A DNA stretch of 64,000 nucleotides from Candidatus Zixiibacteriota bacterium (GCA_036397555.1 DASWIS010000001.1:120854-184853), one strand, 5' to 3'; positions 8,832-19,036 are shown, counted from the stretch's first letter. A program made the numbers and translations. The notes: a model not told the origin generated them from the sequence alone.

Positions 8832-10046
8832 ATGCTAAGAAACGTGTCGACGAAACTTACTCTCGTCGGATTACCGATGGTGATCATCGGGTGCGATGGA
8901 TTGATGACCAGTCCGCCGACTCGGGGCGATGATTTCGAATCGGCGTTCGACGATCTGCCACACGAATTGAACGCCATGTTTGCGGCGGGAGATGAAAACT
9001 TCGAACGCGTGTTCATAGTCTCCGATGGCCTCGGTCCGATCTTCAACAACACTGGGTGTGCAAGCTGTCATCCCGGCGACGGGCGGGGGACTCCGAACGA
9101 GGCACTGATTCGGTTCAGTGTGAACGGTGATCTGTTGCCCGCGCATGGCGGCCCGCAACTACAGGACAAGGCCATCCCTGGAGTCCTGCCCGAATCCCTG
9201 CCCGGAGAGGTTGCGTTACAGTCCTCGACCCGTCTGCCGCCTCCCGTTTTCGGCGTCGGTTTGATCGAGCACATTCCGGCTGAGGCAATCCTGGCCAATG
9301 CGGATCCCGACGATTCCGACGGCGACGGCGTCTCCGGTCGTCCGAACTGGGTACGGGCGGCGCCATTTGTTCCCTCCTCAGAGATTGGCGGTGGCGCGGG
9401 CGACCAGCTTGGTCGCTTTGGACGAAAAGCCAATGTTTCCTCTCTGTTGCAGCAAGTCGTGGAGGCGTATCATCAGGATATCGGCATCACCAGTGACTTC
9501 CTGCCGTCGGAGAATCCCCATCCGCAAGCCGGCGGGTTTGCGGTCGGGGACATTGTGGCCGATCCGGAACTCACGGCCGCCGAGGTGCTTCAGACTACAG
9601 TCTATGTGAGACTTCTGGCGCCGCCGAAACGGGGAAGCGTGACGGCGCGGGTGGAAACTGGGAAAGAGGTTTTCTACGGCATCGGATGCGCCAAATGTCA
9701 CGTGCCCACCATGCATACAGGTCCCAGTAACATTGGCCCCCTTGATCGCGTGGCTGTCCACCTCTATTCCGATCTGTTGATACATGATATGGGCGACGGA
9801 CTCGCGGATCACCGTCCCGACGGGCAGGCTTCAGGATATGAATGGAAAACTCCGCCCCTTTGGGGGACGCGGTTGGTACGGGAGTTTCTCAACGGCAAGG
9901 CATTCTATCTCCACGACGGCCGGGCGACGACTTTGGATGAGGCGATTCGTTGGCACGGAGGCGAAGCGGAGTCTGCCAAGCTGGGCTATGAAGCTCTCGA
10001 TGAGGCACGGCGGGAAGCGCTGCTGGCGTTTTTGCGATCGCTGTAA
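8832..10046 (+). CDS. di-haem cytochrome c, DUF1111 family (putative thiol oxidoreductase/peroxidase-like lipoprotein)
   Basis: Start MLRNVSTKLTLVGLPMVIIGC has a lipobox. Two CxxCH haem motifs (CASCH, CAKCH). Long loop-rich sequence typical of DUF1111 proteins. Confidence 0.7.
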   Translation: MLRNVSTKLTLVGLPMVIIGCDGLMTSPPTRGDDFESAFDDLPHELNAMFAAGDENFERVFIVSDGLGPIFNNTGCASCHPGDGRGTPNEALIRFSVNGDLLPAHGGPQLQDKAIPGVLPESLPGEVALQSSTRLPPPVFGVGLIEHIPAEAILANADPDDSDGDGVSGRPNWVRAAPFVPSSEIGGGAGDQLGRFGRKANVSSLLQQVVEAYHQDIGITSDFLPSENPHPQAGGFAVGDIVADPELTAAEVLQTTVYVRLLAPPKRGSVTARVETGKEVFYGIGCAKCHVPTMHTGPSNIGPLDRVAVHLYSDLLIHDMGDGLADHRPDGQASGYEWKTPPLWGTRLVREFLNGKAFYLHDGRATTLDEAIRWHGGEAESAKLGYEALDEARREALLAFLRSL

Positions 10047-10052
10047 TCGGAC

Positions 10053-10496
10053 ATGGCGGGAGATGTGATCACGCGACGGGGATTCTGCCGGGCGGCGACG
10101 GCAACCGCCATCGGACTGCTCCTTCCGATGGCCGGCTGCGCGACAACGTCGGTGTTCCGCACCAGTATAACGGATGGACGCGTGCGGGTCCCCTTTGATC
10201 GAATTGTACCGGCGGATGAGGCTGAAGGAAGTGTCGTCGTCTATGCCGAAGGGTTACCGGATCCTATTCTCGTGATGCGCATCAACGCCGAATATCGTGC
10301 CGTGTCCGCGCGTTGCACGCATCTGGGATGCACGGTGCGTCTATCGGGCAGCCAGTTGCAATGCCCCTGCCATGGATCCACCTACGCACTCGACGGATCG
10401 GTGATCCGGGGGCCGGCGCAGGCACCGTTGACGCGGATTCCAGTCGAGGTGACATGGCACGGTGTCGATTTGCAGCTTGGGGAATCACCGCAATGA
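10053..10496 (+). CDS. Rieske [2Fe-2S] domain protein with Tat signal
   Basis: RRGFCRAATA twin-arginine motif. CTHLGC ... CPCHGS Rieske boxes. Confidence 0.8.
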   Translation: MAGDVITRRGFCRAATATAIGLLLPMAGCATTSVFRTSITDGRVRVPFDRIVPADEAEGSVVVYAEGLPDPILVMRINAEYRAVSARCTHLGCTVRLSGSQLQCPCHGSTYALDGSVIRGPAQAPLTRIPVEVTWHGVDLQLGESPQ

Positions 10497-11659
10497 GACG
10501 GTTAACCGCGGCATTTCTTTTCGTTGTGCTGTTCGGAAACCTGGTCGCCGTCGGGCAGGACACGACGATGATAGATCGCCCGTTCGTCACGGGCGGCATT
10601 TACGATAAGCCGTATATCACTCGTCTGCGCGGACGGGCCAGCATTGGCGGCTATGCCGAAACTGCCTTTCGATTCGAACGGGAAGCGGGTTTCAAGAACG
10701 AAATGTCATTCGGTGTTGAGCGGTTCAATCTCTTCGCATTTGCCCCTGTTTCCGACCGGGTGCGACTGGCCGCCGAGCTGGAATTCGAAGAGGGCGGCGG
10801 AGAAATCAATTTGGAACTGGCGATCATCGACTTCGAACTGCATCCGGCGATGACGTTCCGTGGTGGTATTCTATTGTCGCCGTTGGGGCGATTCAACTTG
10901 GCTCACGACAGTCCCGCCAACGAGGTCAACGACCGCCCGCTGGTCAGTACCGAGATCATACCGGCGACGCTGTCCGAACCGGGGATGGGTTTTCTCGGCA
11001 GCATCCATCCTGCCGCACCATGGCGTGTGACCTACGAAGCCTATCTCGTCAATGGATTCCACGGCGGCATCATTAACGACAGCCCCAACGGGACGCGCAT
11101 CGCGGCGGGAAAAGCGAATTTCGAAGACAATAACGCACACCCTTCACTGGTCGTTCGGGTTGCGTTGAGCCCCTCACCGCAATTCGAGGCGGGCATCTCC
11201 ACGCACACCGGACCTTACAACGAATGGACGACCGAAGGTCTGGCGACTGATGAGCAACGGGATGTGATCATTGTGGCGGTTGACCTTGAAGGTCAGTGGA
11301 ATCATTTGCGACTTCTCGGCGAATACGCCCACGCTTCGATAGAAGTGCCCGGTGAATCCGGCGGTGTTTTCGCCGATGAACAGTCCGGGTATTACGTGCA
11401 GTTATCGTACCGTGTGGTTTATGGCGTTTGGGCCGTATTGCCGCGGTCTCATTTCACCGCGGTGGTGCGGTTCGGATCGGTCGATTGGAACACGGAAATC
11501 GACGGCGACGATCAGCGGCGGCTGACTTTGAGCACGAATTTTCGACCCACCGACGACACAGTGTTCAAGCTTGATTATCAGTACAATTGGGTGACTGATG
11601 GTTTCAACAATGAGGTCACGCAGGCGGCGATCATCTTTGGATTGGCCTCGTATTTCTGA
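10493..11659 (+). CDS. outer-membrane beta-barrel protein (hypothetical)
   Basis: Start MRRLTAAFLFVVLFGNLVAVGQ (signal peptide). Its ATG overlaps the Rieske stop (ATGA). Alternating amphipathic strands, C-terminal ...GLASYF aromatic terminus typical of OMPs. Confidence 0.6.
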   Translation: MRRLTAAFLFVVLFGNLVAVGQDTTMIDRPFVTGGIYDKPYITRLRGRASIGGYAETAFRFEREAGFKNEMSFGVERFNLFAFAPVSDRVRLAAELEFEEGGGEINLELAIIDFELHPAMTFRGGILLSPLGRFNLAHDSPANEVNDRPLVSTEIIPATLSEPGMGFLGSIHPAAPWRVTYEAYLVNGFHGGIINDSPNGTRIAAGKANFEDNNAHPSLVVRVALSPSPQFEAGISTHTGPYNEWTTEGLATDEQRDVIIVAVDLEGQWNHLRLLGEYAHASIEVPGESGGVFADEQSGYYVQLSYRVVYGVWAVLPRSHFTAVVRFGSVDWNTEIDGDDQRRLTLSTNFRPTDDTVFKLDYQYNWVTDGFNNEVTQAAIIFGLASYF

Positions 11660-11755
11660 ACGCGCGAGCAACGCGAAGAAGATGTTCGGAGACATATGGT
11701 TATGATTTGTGCGCTGTGCAAAGAGGTATCGGCGCGCGAAAATTGTACCTTGTAT

Positions 11756-11800
11756 CACAATATCACGTGTTCTTAAGAGTTTGATGCACAATATATTGTG
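11756..11800 (+). promoter_or_regulatory. tandem NrdR boxes (NrdR operator) upstream of nrdJ
   Basis: cacaatatcacgtgt (11756-11770) and the perfect palindrome cacaatatattgtg (11787-11800). Centres are ~31 bp apart, the characteristic NrdR box spacing. Confidence 0.55.
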
Positions 11801-11997
11801 ATTTTTTTGTGCTTAACGCGAAATTGTGGTTGACTCGTATGTTGCCGCGGGTCTAACGTCAATCCGGGAAATTGGTGGACCGGTTGAAGCTCTCTGTCCC
11901 TGAGCTTCACCGGGGGGGCACACGACGAAACAATTCAATACGTGATATAAGGTTTTGGTGCGTAATCTCTTAGGAGATCCCGCATCGGGGAGGATAC

Positions 11998-14385
11998 ATG
12001 TTTGGACCGACACCGGTTTTGGCCGAAAACGCGTTGCGCGTGCTCGAGCGGCGGTATCTGATCAGGGATGACGATGGACGCGTGGTCGAGACGCCGGCGG
12101 AGATGTTTTGGCGCGTGGCAAAAGCTATTGCCTCGATTGATGCCACGTACGGCTCCTCCGATGCCGAGGTCCAGAAGACCGCCGAGCGCTTTTACGGCGC
12201 CATGGCCAATTGCGAGTTTACCCCCAATTCCCCGACGATGATGAATGCCGGACGGCCCTTGGGCCAGCTTTCGGCGTGTTTCGTGCTCCCCGTGGGCGAC
12301 TCGATGGAGGAAATCTTCGAGTCGATCAAGAATGCCGCGCTCATCCACAAATCGGGCGGCGGCACCGGATTTGCATTTTCGCGGCTGCGTCCGCGCAATT
12401 CGGTCGTCGCCTCGACCAGCGGCGTCGCCTCCGGTCCGGTGTCGTTCATGAAAGTGTTCAATGCCGCCACCGAGGCGGTCAAGCAGGGGGGGACTCGACG
12501 TGGCGCCAACATGGGCATCCTGCGCATCGACCACCCCGACATCGAGGAGTTTGTCGCCTGCAAGGACGATCTGACGCAGGTCACCAATTTCAACATCTCC
12601 GTCGCGGTCACCGATGAATTTATGACCGCGGTCGAACGCGGCACGCAGTACGCGCTGTATGATCCGCGCACGCGCAAGCCGTACGAACGCGACGGCGTCG
12701 TGCAGACGCTCGATGCGCGCAAGATCTTCGCGACCGTGGTCGAGCATGCGTGGCGCACCGGTGAGCCGGGCGTGATTTTCATCGACCGCGTCAATCAGGG
12801 CAATCCGACGCGCGGCCACGAAGAAATCGAAGCGACCAACCCTTGCGGCGAGCAGCCGCTGCCGCCGTATGATTCGTGCAATCTCGCCTCGATCAATCTG
12901 GGCAAAGTCGTCAAAGACGATCTGCCGCCGCACTACGACCGCCGCCGTCCCGCCGAGGGCATCGACTGGGATAAGCTCACCGAGCTGGTGCACCTGGGCG
13001 TGCACTTCTTGGACAACGTCATCGACGCCAACCGCTACCCGATCCCCGAGATCGAACGGCAGTCGCACGACAACCGCCGCATCGGCCTGGGCGTGATGGG
13101 CTGGGCCGACATGCTGGCCAGGCTCGGTGTGCGCTACGATTCGGAGACCGCGTTTGATCTGGGCGATCAGGTCATGGCGCACATCGACTCCGAAGCGCGC
13201 CTCTGCTCGTCGGATCTGGCAACCAAACGCGGAAAGTTCCCGAATTGGGACAAGTCGATCTACGCCGAGGAGGGCGTTTCGATGCGCAACACCACGGTGA
13301 CAACCGTGGCGCCGACCGGGACGATCTCGATCATCGCCGGATGTTCTTCCGGGATCGAGCCGTACTACTCGGTTTCGTTCGTGCGCAATGTCATGGAGGG
13401 GACGCGGCTGGTCGATGTCAATCCGCTCTTCGAAAAAATTGCCAAGCAGCGCGGCTTCTATTCCGGCGAGCTGATGGAACGGATCGCCAACGCCAACTCG
13501 ATTCAGGACTTCGACGAAATCCCCGAGGACGTGCGCGACGTCTTCCGCACCTCGGCCGATGTCAGCGCCGATTCACACATCCGTATGCAGGCCGCCTTCC
13601 AGAAACATGTCGACTCCGCCGTCTCCAAGACGATCAACATGCCGCAGAGCGCCACGCGCGAGGATGTCCAGACCGCGTACTGGCAGGCGTACCGTCTGGC
13701 ATGCAAGGGCGTGACGATCTACCGCGACGGCAGCCGTCCGGGACAGGTGCTCTCCACCGGCGCCACTCCGGAATCGGCGCGCGCCAGCAATCAAATCGGC
13801 GCGTTCGACACGGCCGGCGTGCGGACGTTTATGGAAGATACGCCGGAAACCTCGCCGGTCGAAGCCATGCCCGAACCGCGCCCGGAGCCGAAAGCGAAAC
13901 CCCGATCGCCGCAGCCGCAGCAGATGTCCAACGGCATCCATCCGGTCGACCGGCCAGACCGCATGCTCGGGTTCACCGAGAAGATCAAGACCGGCTACGG
14001 CAATCTCTATGTCACGATCAACATGTTCGACGGCAAACCATTCGAGGTGTTCGCCTCCATCGGCAAGTCGGGTTACTCGACGATGGCCGACACCGAGGCG
14101 ATCTGCCGCCTGATATCATTGGCGCTGCGCTCCGGCATCTCGGTGCGTCAGATCGTCAAGCAACTGCAGGGGATCGGCGGCTCGCAGCCGGTGTTCGAAC
14201 GGCGCGGCGTGGTCTCATCGATTCCCGATGCGATCGCCAAAGTGCTCAATGACAACTTCGGCAACGGCACCAAGATCAAGCGCCGTCCCGATATCGCCCA
14301 GGAGCACTGCCCCGACTGCGGCGGCATGCTCGAGCACGAAGAGGGCTGCGTCCTCTGCCGTGGCTGCGGTTATTCGCAGTGTTAG
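11998..14385 (+). CDS. nrdJ: adenosylcobalamin-dependent (class II) ribonucleoside-diphosphate reductase
   Basis: 795 aa. N-terminal VLERRYL, NPCGEQPL active-site region, a C-terminal insert, and a CPDCGG...CVLCRGCGYSQC Zn-ribbon tail. Confidence 0.9.
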   Translation: MFGPTPVLAENALRVLERRYLIRDDDGRVVETPAEMFWRVAKAIASIDATYGSSDAEVQKTAERFYGAMANCEFTPNSPTMMNAGRPLGQLSACFVLPVGDSMEEIFESIKNAALIHKSGGGTGFAFSRLRPRNSVVASTSGVASGPVSFMKVFNAATEAVKQGGTRRGANMGILRIDHPDIEEFVACKDDLTQVTNFNISVAVTDEFMTAVERGTQYALYDPRTRKPYERDGVVQTLDARKIFATVVEHAWRTGEPGVIFIDRVNQGNPTRGHEEIEATNPCGEQPLPPYDSCNLASINLGKVVKDDLPPHYDRRRPAEGIDWDKLTELVHLGVHFLDNVIDANRYPIPEIERQSHDNRRIGLGVMGWADMLARLGVRYDSETAFDLGDQVMAHIDSEARLCSSDLATKRGKFPNWDKSIYAEEGVSMRNTTVTTVAPTGTISIIAGCSSGIEPYYSVSFVRNVMEGTRLVDVNPLFEKIAKQRGFYSGELMERIANANSIQDFDEIPEDVRDVFRTSADVSADSHIRMQAAFQKHVDSAVSKTINMPQSATREDVQTAYWQAYRLACKGVTIYRDGSRPGQVLSTGATPESARASNQIGAFDTAGVRTFMEDTPETSPVEAMPEPRPEPKAKPRSPQPQQMSNGIHPVDRPDRMLGFTEKIKTGYGNLYVTINMFDGKPFEVFASIGKSGYSTMADTEAICRLISLALRSGISVRQIVKQLQGIGGSQPVFERRGVVSSIPDAIAKVLNDNFGNGTKIKRRPDIAQEHCPDCGGMLEHEEGCVLCRGCGYSQC

Positions 14386-14439
14386 ACTGACGCAGTAATC
14401 AACTCATGCGGAGTTTGATCCGCATGATGATTCGAAACA

Positions 14440-14485
14440 CCCCCGCGCTCCCCCCGCGCTCCCCCCGCGCTCCCCCCGCGGGGGG
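14440..14485 (+). repeat. tandem 11-bp repeat (ccccccgcgct x3) merging into a palindromic C6-GC-G6 hairpin
   Basis: ccccgcgct ccccccgcgct ccccccgcgct ccccccgcgggggg read directly from the sequence. Confidence 0.6.
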
Positions 14486-14490
14486 TTTTT
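14472..14490 (+). terminator. probable intrinsic terminator downstream of nrdJ
   Basis: ccccccgcgggggg palindrome followed by ttttt, about 90 nt after the nrdJ stop. Confidence 0.45.
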
Positions 14491-14623
14491 GCATGCGCAA
14501 GGGGCAATCGCCTTCGCTGGTATTTCGTGATGTGAATGAGCTGTCGAGACACATTGCAACACTCCTACAGACCCGCCCCCATTCCGGGGGTGATTCGCCG
14601 GGCGCCGTATCATATAGATAGCG

Positions 14624-15268
14624 TTGGAGAACCCCATGTTTCTGTTTCAGGATGGCGATGTGCTGGTGACGTACGGGTCCGGCGGCGTCTGGCCGCCGCG
14701 ACGGTGGGTGCTGTGGGTCGTCTATCGCGGCATCCGCGCATTCCAGAGGGCCAAGTGGGGAAGCGGCGCCGATGCCGGTCCGACCCATGTGCGCGTGTGG
14801 CTGGGCGGTCAGTTCTTCGAGATGACCACACCCGTGGGCAAGTGGACCACGCGCGACGAGGTCATCCTTGACAAGAAAGATTGGAAAGTCGCGCGCTTTC
14901 GTGGGGCGATCGGCAATCTTCCGGCGATGCAGCAGAAGGCCGGAGCGATGGTCGGGCTTAAGTACGACATCGGCGACCTGCTGGATTTCGGACTATCGGG
15001 GCTGGTCGGACGGTTTGCCGGCTGGCTGCGCATCTTCGGCGACCGCGAGCGCAAGTACACGGTCTGCTCCACGGCGCTGGCCAAAGTCCTGCGCGCCGGG
15101 GGTGTGCCGTTTCGGGTCTCGCGCGATGATGTGCGGCGCGATGCCGGCGTCGCGGTGTTGTTTCGCGATGGCGCCGATCCGATTGACTTAATCGACAGCG
15201 CCATCGATCCGGCGTTTTTCGTCAACAACCCGACCCAGTGGGAAGTGGTGGGACAGTCGAGTCGGTGA
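14624..15268 (+). CDS. hypothetical protein (possible permuted papain-like / YiiX-like fold; weak)
   Basis: 214-aa ORF with plausible composition. No confident family. A single conserved-looking Cys (YTVCSTALAKVL). Confidence 0.45.
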   Translation: MENPMFLFQDGDVLVTYGSGGVWPPRRWVLWVVYRGIRAFQRAKWGSGADAGPTHVRVWLGGQFFEMTTPVGKWTTRDEVILDKKDWKVARFRGAIGNLPAMQQKAGAMVGLKYDIGDLLDFGLSGLVGRFAGWLRIFGDRERKYTVCSTALAKVLRAGGVPFRVSRDDVRRDAGVAVLFRDGADPIDLIDSAIDPAFFVNNPTQWEVVGQSSR

Positions 15269-15448
15269 GGGAAGTCATCGAGCCACTGATCAAGGGAGTG
15301 CTGAAAAACTCTCTTTTCCAATTCCGCTTCTTTCGAGACGAATCACCCGCCCGATGTGGCAGAGTCGGAGGTTTTTCGACACTCTCCAATGTCAGGGCAC
15401 ATTGCGTGCGGGAGCCAGGCGAGACGCCTGGAATACACAAATGAACAC

Positions 15449-15483
15449 AAAAAAACCCCGCGCCATCCGGCGCGGGGTTCTTC
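15449..15483 (-). terminator. rho-independent terminator for the minus-strand YceI gene (hairpin usable bidirectionally)
   Basis: aaaaaaa-ccccgcgcc-atcc-ggcgcgggg-ttcttc. Read on the minus strand, the hairpin is followed by a T7 run. Confidence 0.6.
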
Positions 15484-15508
15484 ATGACGGATACTGTGTG
15501 AGTCGTTC

Positions 15509-16177
15509 TCAGCCCTTCTGTTCGGCGGGATCGCGGTACATGGCCTGGATGTCGAGCGTGACTTTGACATCATCGCCGACCACCAGTCCGCCCGCGTCCA
15601 GTGTCTTGCTCCAACTGACACCATAGTCCATCCGCTTGACCGTTGTCGTGGCGGAGAACCCGACACGCTTGTTGGCGCCCGGACCTTCCAGCATGCCAGT
15701 CTTCTCGACATGCAGGATCACCGGCTTGGTGACACCGCGTATGCTCAGCAGCCCGTGCAAGTCGAACCGGTCGTTTCCCTTTGCGACGACATTCCCAGCC
15801 ATCCACTTCTGGCCGTCGATCATCGCATCGGCGAACTCCGCTGTGCCTTCCATCATCTTACCGAACGTAAACTTGATTTCGGGGTTGTTCTCGACGTCGA
15901 AGAAGTCGGCGCTGCGCAAGTGGCCGTCGCGATTCTCGTTTTGGGTATTGACGCTCTTGGTCTGAATGGTCACTTCGACCGCCCAGATTGCGGTATCGGC
16001 GGGGTCATAAACGATCGTGCCAGAGAAATCGCTGAAGGAACCGCTGACCCGGCTGATGGTCATGTGGGTGACCGTGAAACCGACATTGGAATGGACCCGG
16101 TCGACCTTGAATTCGGTCGCGTGCGATGCGCCGATGAGCAGGAGCGAGGCAATTACGGCAAGTCCCAAGCGCTTCAT
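15509..16177 (-). CDS. YceI-family periplasmic protein
   Basis: Start MKRLGLAVIASLLLIGASHA (signal) with AGGAGA RBS. YceI-like KVDRVHSNVGFTVTHM...GVTKPV pattern. Confidence 0.8.
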   Translation of the reverse strand: MKRLGLAVIASLLLIGASHATEFKVDRVHSNVGFTVTHMTISRVSGSFSDFSGTIVYDPADTAIWAVEVTIQTKSVNTQNENRDGHLRSADFFDVENNPEIKFTFGKMMEGTAEFADAMIDGQKWMAGNVVAKGNDRFDLHGLLSIRGVTKPVILHVEKTGMLEGPGANKRVGFSATTTVKRMDYGVSWSKTLDAGGLVVGDDVKVTLDIQAMYRDPAEQKG

Positions 16178-16280
16178 GTTTCCGGTTCTCCTTTCGATAG
16201 TGGATATCGCGATTACGTTGAGGTCGGGTTGAATGCGACGAAGATACGGTCTCTGAACGGCGATGTCAGCAAAAACCGCA

Positions 16281-16532
16281 TCATGGTTCGTGCCGCTGGA
16301 ATACCACCAACGGCGCCTGTTCTTCTCCAAATGTGATCTTGCGGGCGACTGTCCCCAGCTTGGCCGCGGTCATGAGATAGGCCCACGTCGGCACCGGCAT
16401 GCTCCCACAGCCGCGAATATGAACGCTCTTGCCGCGGTACTGTTCCCAGTCATGCGCATCCAGTTGCCGGCGGAATGACTCCTCCCGCAGCAGCCCGTTG
16501 TCGGAGAACTGCTCAAGGTCAAAAAGCGGCAT
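16281..16532 (-). CDS. small hypothetical protein in the iscS-iscA operon
   Basis: 83-aa ORF between iscA and the YceI gene. No family recognized. Confidence 0.35.
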   Translation of the reverse strand: MPLFDLEQFSDNGLLREESFRRQLDAHDWEQYRGKSVHIRGCGSMPVPTWAYLMTAAKLGTVARKITFGEEQAPLVVFQRHEP

Positions 16533-16559
16533 ACGGGACAGTGTTCGACGATCGCGTGG

Positions 16560-16952
16560 TTACGCCGAGAACGACGTGCCGCAGCCGCACGATTTGCTGG
16601 CGTTGGGGTTGGAAAACTTAAATCCGCCGCCGACGATCGCGGGGACATAATCGATGACAATGCCCTTCAGATACAGCGCGCTTTTGAGATCGACGATCAC
16701 CCGCACGCCCTTGATTTCGAAGACTTTGTCGAACTTGCCGCTTTCGTTGTCGAAGTTGACTTGGTAGGTCAGTCCCGAGCAGCCGCCGCCGACCACCCCG
16801 AGACGCAGACAAAAATCATCGCCGAGTTGCTGTGATTCCATCAGCCGCTTGACCTCGGCCGCTGCTGCATCGGTCAGTCCAACCATGGTGTCGGACTCGC
16901 CGGCGATCGGCAGTTGGTTCATTGCTGCTGTGGTCTGTTTCGTATCAGACAT
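16560..16952 (-). CDS. iscA: iron-sulfur cluster assembly accessory protein (HesB/IscA/ErpA family)
   Basis: C-terminal ...GGGCSG...CGCGTSFS motif. Possible internal start MVGLTD. Confidence 0.8.
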   Translation of the reverse strand: MSDTKQTTAAMNQLPIAGESDTMVGLTDAAAAEVKRLMESQQLGDDFCLRLGVVGGGCSGLTYQVNFDNESGKFDKVFEIKGVRVIVDLKSALYLKGIVIDYVPAIVGGGFKFSNPNASKSCGCGTSFSA

Positions 16953-16994
16953 CAGTCATCTCCCGGTTCCGAGTCTTCAACACCTCATTCCGCA

Positions 16995-18197
16995 TCATGT
17001 TCCGACCGTCGAGGCGTGTCCGGCCGCTTGCGGAATCGGCGAGAGCGCACGCAGCCGTGTGACCGTCTCGACAATTCGGTCAATCACGGTATCGACTTCA
17101 TCAGCGGTATTATAACGTCCCAGGCCGAAACGAATCGAAGATTGTGCCGCCTGCCCATCGACGCCCATTGCGCGCAACACATAGGATGGCTCGACCTGGG
17201 CGGATGTACACGCCGAACCTGACGAGAGGGCGACATCTTTGACCCCCATCAACACACCTTCGCCTTCGACACCGGCGAAGGACAAATTCAGATTACCCGG
17301 CAGACGGTATGTCATCGAGCCGTTCACCGTGACCCCGTCGAGACGCTCCATGATGCCGTGCAGGAGACGGTCACGCAGCGCGGCGACGCGGGCATTCTCT
17401 TCGACGGTTTTTTCGGCAGCAATCTCCAGCGCCCGGGCGAAGCCAACGATCAACGGCACCGGCAAAGTTCCCGAGCGCAGTCCCTGCTCGTGGCCGCCGC
17501 CGTCGATCAGGGGCGCAATCCGCACGCGCGGCTTGCGCCGTCGGACATACAGCGCACCGATGCCTTTGGGCCCATAGGTCTTGTGCGCCGAGAACGAGAG
17601 CAGATCGATGCCATCGCGCTCGACATTGATCGGCAGCTTCCCCGCGGTTTGCGCCGCATCGACGTGAAAAAAGATCCCGAGCTCGCGCGTAAGCCGCCCG
17701 ATCGCGGCAATCGGCTGGACCGTCCCGACCTCGTTGTTGGCGTGCATAACCGAGACAAGGATCGTGCGATCGGTCATCGCGCGGCGAACGGCATCGACGT
17801 CGACGATGCCATCGGCATCGACGCCGACGTAAGTGACTTTCGTCCCCTGTTGTTCCAGTCGCTTGGCACTGTCGAGGATGGCCTTGTGTTCGATCGCGGT
17901 CGTGACGAGATGATCGCCGCGCTCGCGCATCGCCTCGGCCACACCCTTGAGCGCCAGGTTGTCCGATTCGGTCGCGCCGGACGTCAAAATGATCTCTTTG
18001 GGTTCAGCGCCGATGGCCTTGGCAATCTGCGCGCGCGCTGTCTCGACTGCCTCCTCCGCTTCCCAGCCGTACTGGTGCGTGACCGAGGCCGCGTTGCCGA
18101 ATTTTTCGGAGAAGTAGGGACGCATTGCGGTCATCACCCGCGGATCGACCGGGGTGGTCGCATGATGGTCCATGTAGATCGGCGCTTGCTCTGGCAT
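16995..18197 (-). CDS. iscS: cysteine desulfurase (IscS/NifS family)
   Basis: Start [24 protein letters not shown]-lysine region [12 protein letters not shown]. Active-site loop SSGSACTS. Confidence 0.85.
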   Translation of the reverse strand: MPEQAPIYMDHHATTPVDPRVMTAMRPYFSEKFGNAASVTHQYGWEAEEAVETARAQIAKAIGAEPKEIILTSGATESDNLALKGVAEAMRERGDHLVTTAIEHKAILDSAKRLEQQGTKVTYVGVDADGIVDVDAVRRAMTDRTILVSVMHANNEVGTVQPIAAIGRLTRELGIFFHVDAAQTAGKLPINVERDGIDLLSFSAHKTYGPKGIGALYVRRRKPRVRIAPLIDGGGHEQGLRSGTLPVPLIVGFARALEIAAEKTVEENARVAALRDRLLHGIMERLDGVTVNGSMTYRLPGNLNLSFAGVEGEGVLMGVKDVALSSGSACTSAQVEPSYVLRAMGVDGQAAQSSIRFGLGRYNTADEVDTVIDRIVETVTRLRALSPIPQAAGHASTVGT

Positions 18198-18399
18198 CGC
18201 ATCTCCGGAACGGTGTCGTCCACCGGTGCTACGGCCCGTCCCAGGTTCGGTTTGGGCTCGCAAGACGATTGACCGCGCTGCCCCTGCGTGTTAATTTACA
18301 GTGACGCTTGCTGTTAGACAATGGTACGACGGGCCGGTCGAGTTCGTCGTACTTTATTGAAGACTCCGTTTCCCCACTGAACGACGGAGGATTGCCATC

Positions 18400-18849
18400 A
18401 TGCCCACCATTGCCGCCATTTTGGCCCGCAAGCAGCCGGTTCATTCGATCCAATCCGATGCCACCGCCTACGATGCCGCCAGGATGATGGTTGAGCACAA
18501 TGTCGGAGCATTGCCCGTGCTCGAGAAAAATCGCCTGGTCGGTGTCTTCTCCGAACGCGACCTGATGCGCCGCGTGATTGCCCCGGGGCACAAGCCCGCT
18601 GAGGTCAAAGTCGCCGACGTCATGACCACTGACTTGGTGACCGCGTTTATCCACGACGACGATGCCACCTGCCTCAAGAAGATGACCGACAAAGGGTGTC
18701 GACACCTGCCGGTGGTGGATAAGGGGCAATTGGTCGGGTTTCTCTCCGCGCGCGATGTGATGAAGGCGCAGGTGGAGGGGATGAAACTGGAGATTCAGAC
18801 GCTCACCGACTACATCTATTACACCCCGCCGACCGGGCTTCGCGAGTAA
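18400..18849 (+). CDS. CBS-domain pair protein
   Basis: Two CBS modules (VGALPVLEKNRLVGVFSERDLMRRV / CRHLPVVDKGQLVGFLSARDVMKA). Confidence 0.75.
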   Translation: MPTIAAILARKQPVHSIQSDATAYDAARMMVEHNVGALPVLEKNRLVGVFSERDLMRRVIAPGHKPAEVKVADVMTTDLVTAFIHDDDATCLKKMTDKGCRHLPVVDKGQLVGFLSARDVMKAQVEGMKLEIQTLTDYIYYTPPTGLRE

Positions 18850-18890
18850 GTGTCAGCGTACAAGCACCGACGCGGGTGCGGACACGAGAA

Positions 18891-18919
18891 TTGACTTTCA
18901 GCCCTTTGCTGCGTATACA
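18891..18919 (+). promoter_or_regulatory. sigma70-like promoter for tRNA-Arg
   Basis: TTGACT-17 nt-TATACA, about 44 nt upstream of the tRNA 5' end. Confidence 0.4.
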
Positions 18920-18962
18920 CTTGGACCGAAGCGGTCGGATTCGCCCTGAAACCGGCCGATGT

Positions 18963-19036
<74 letters not shown>

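Noticed and set aside
11660-11997. Possible cobalamin riboswitch in the nrdJ leader
   Set aside because: No B12-box-like conserved core is visible. NrdJ needs B12 as a cofactor, so B12-mediated repression would be illogical. The leader instead carries NrdR boxes.
14440-14485. CRISPR array
   Set aside because: Only three contiguous 11-bp units with no spacers and no cas genes. It is a simple tandem repeat at a terminator.
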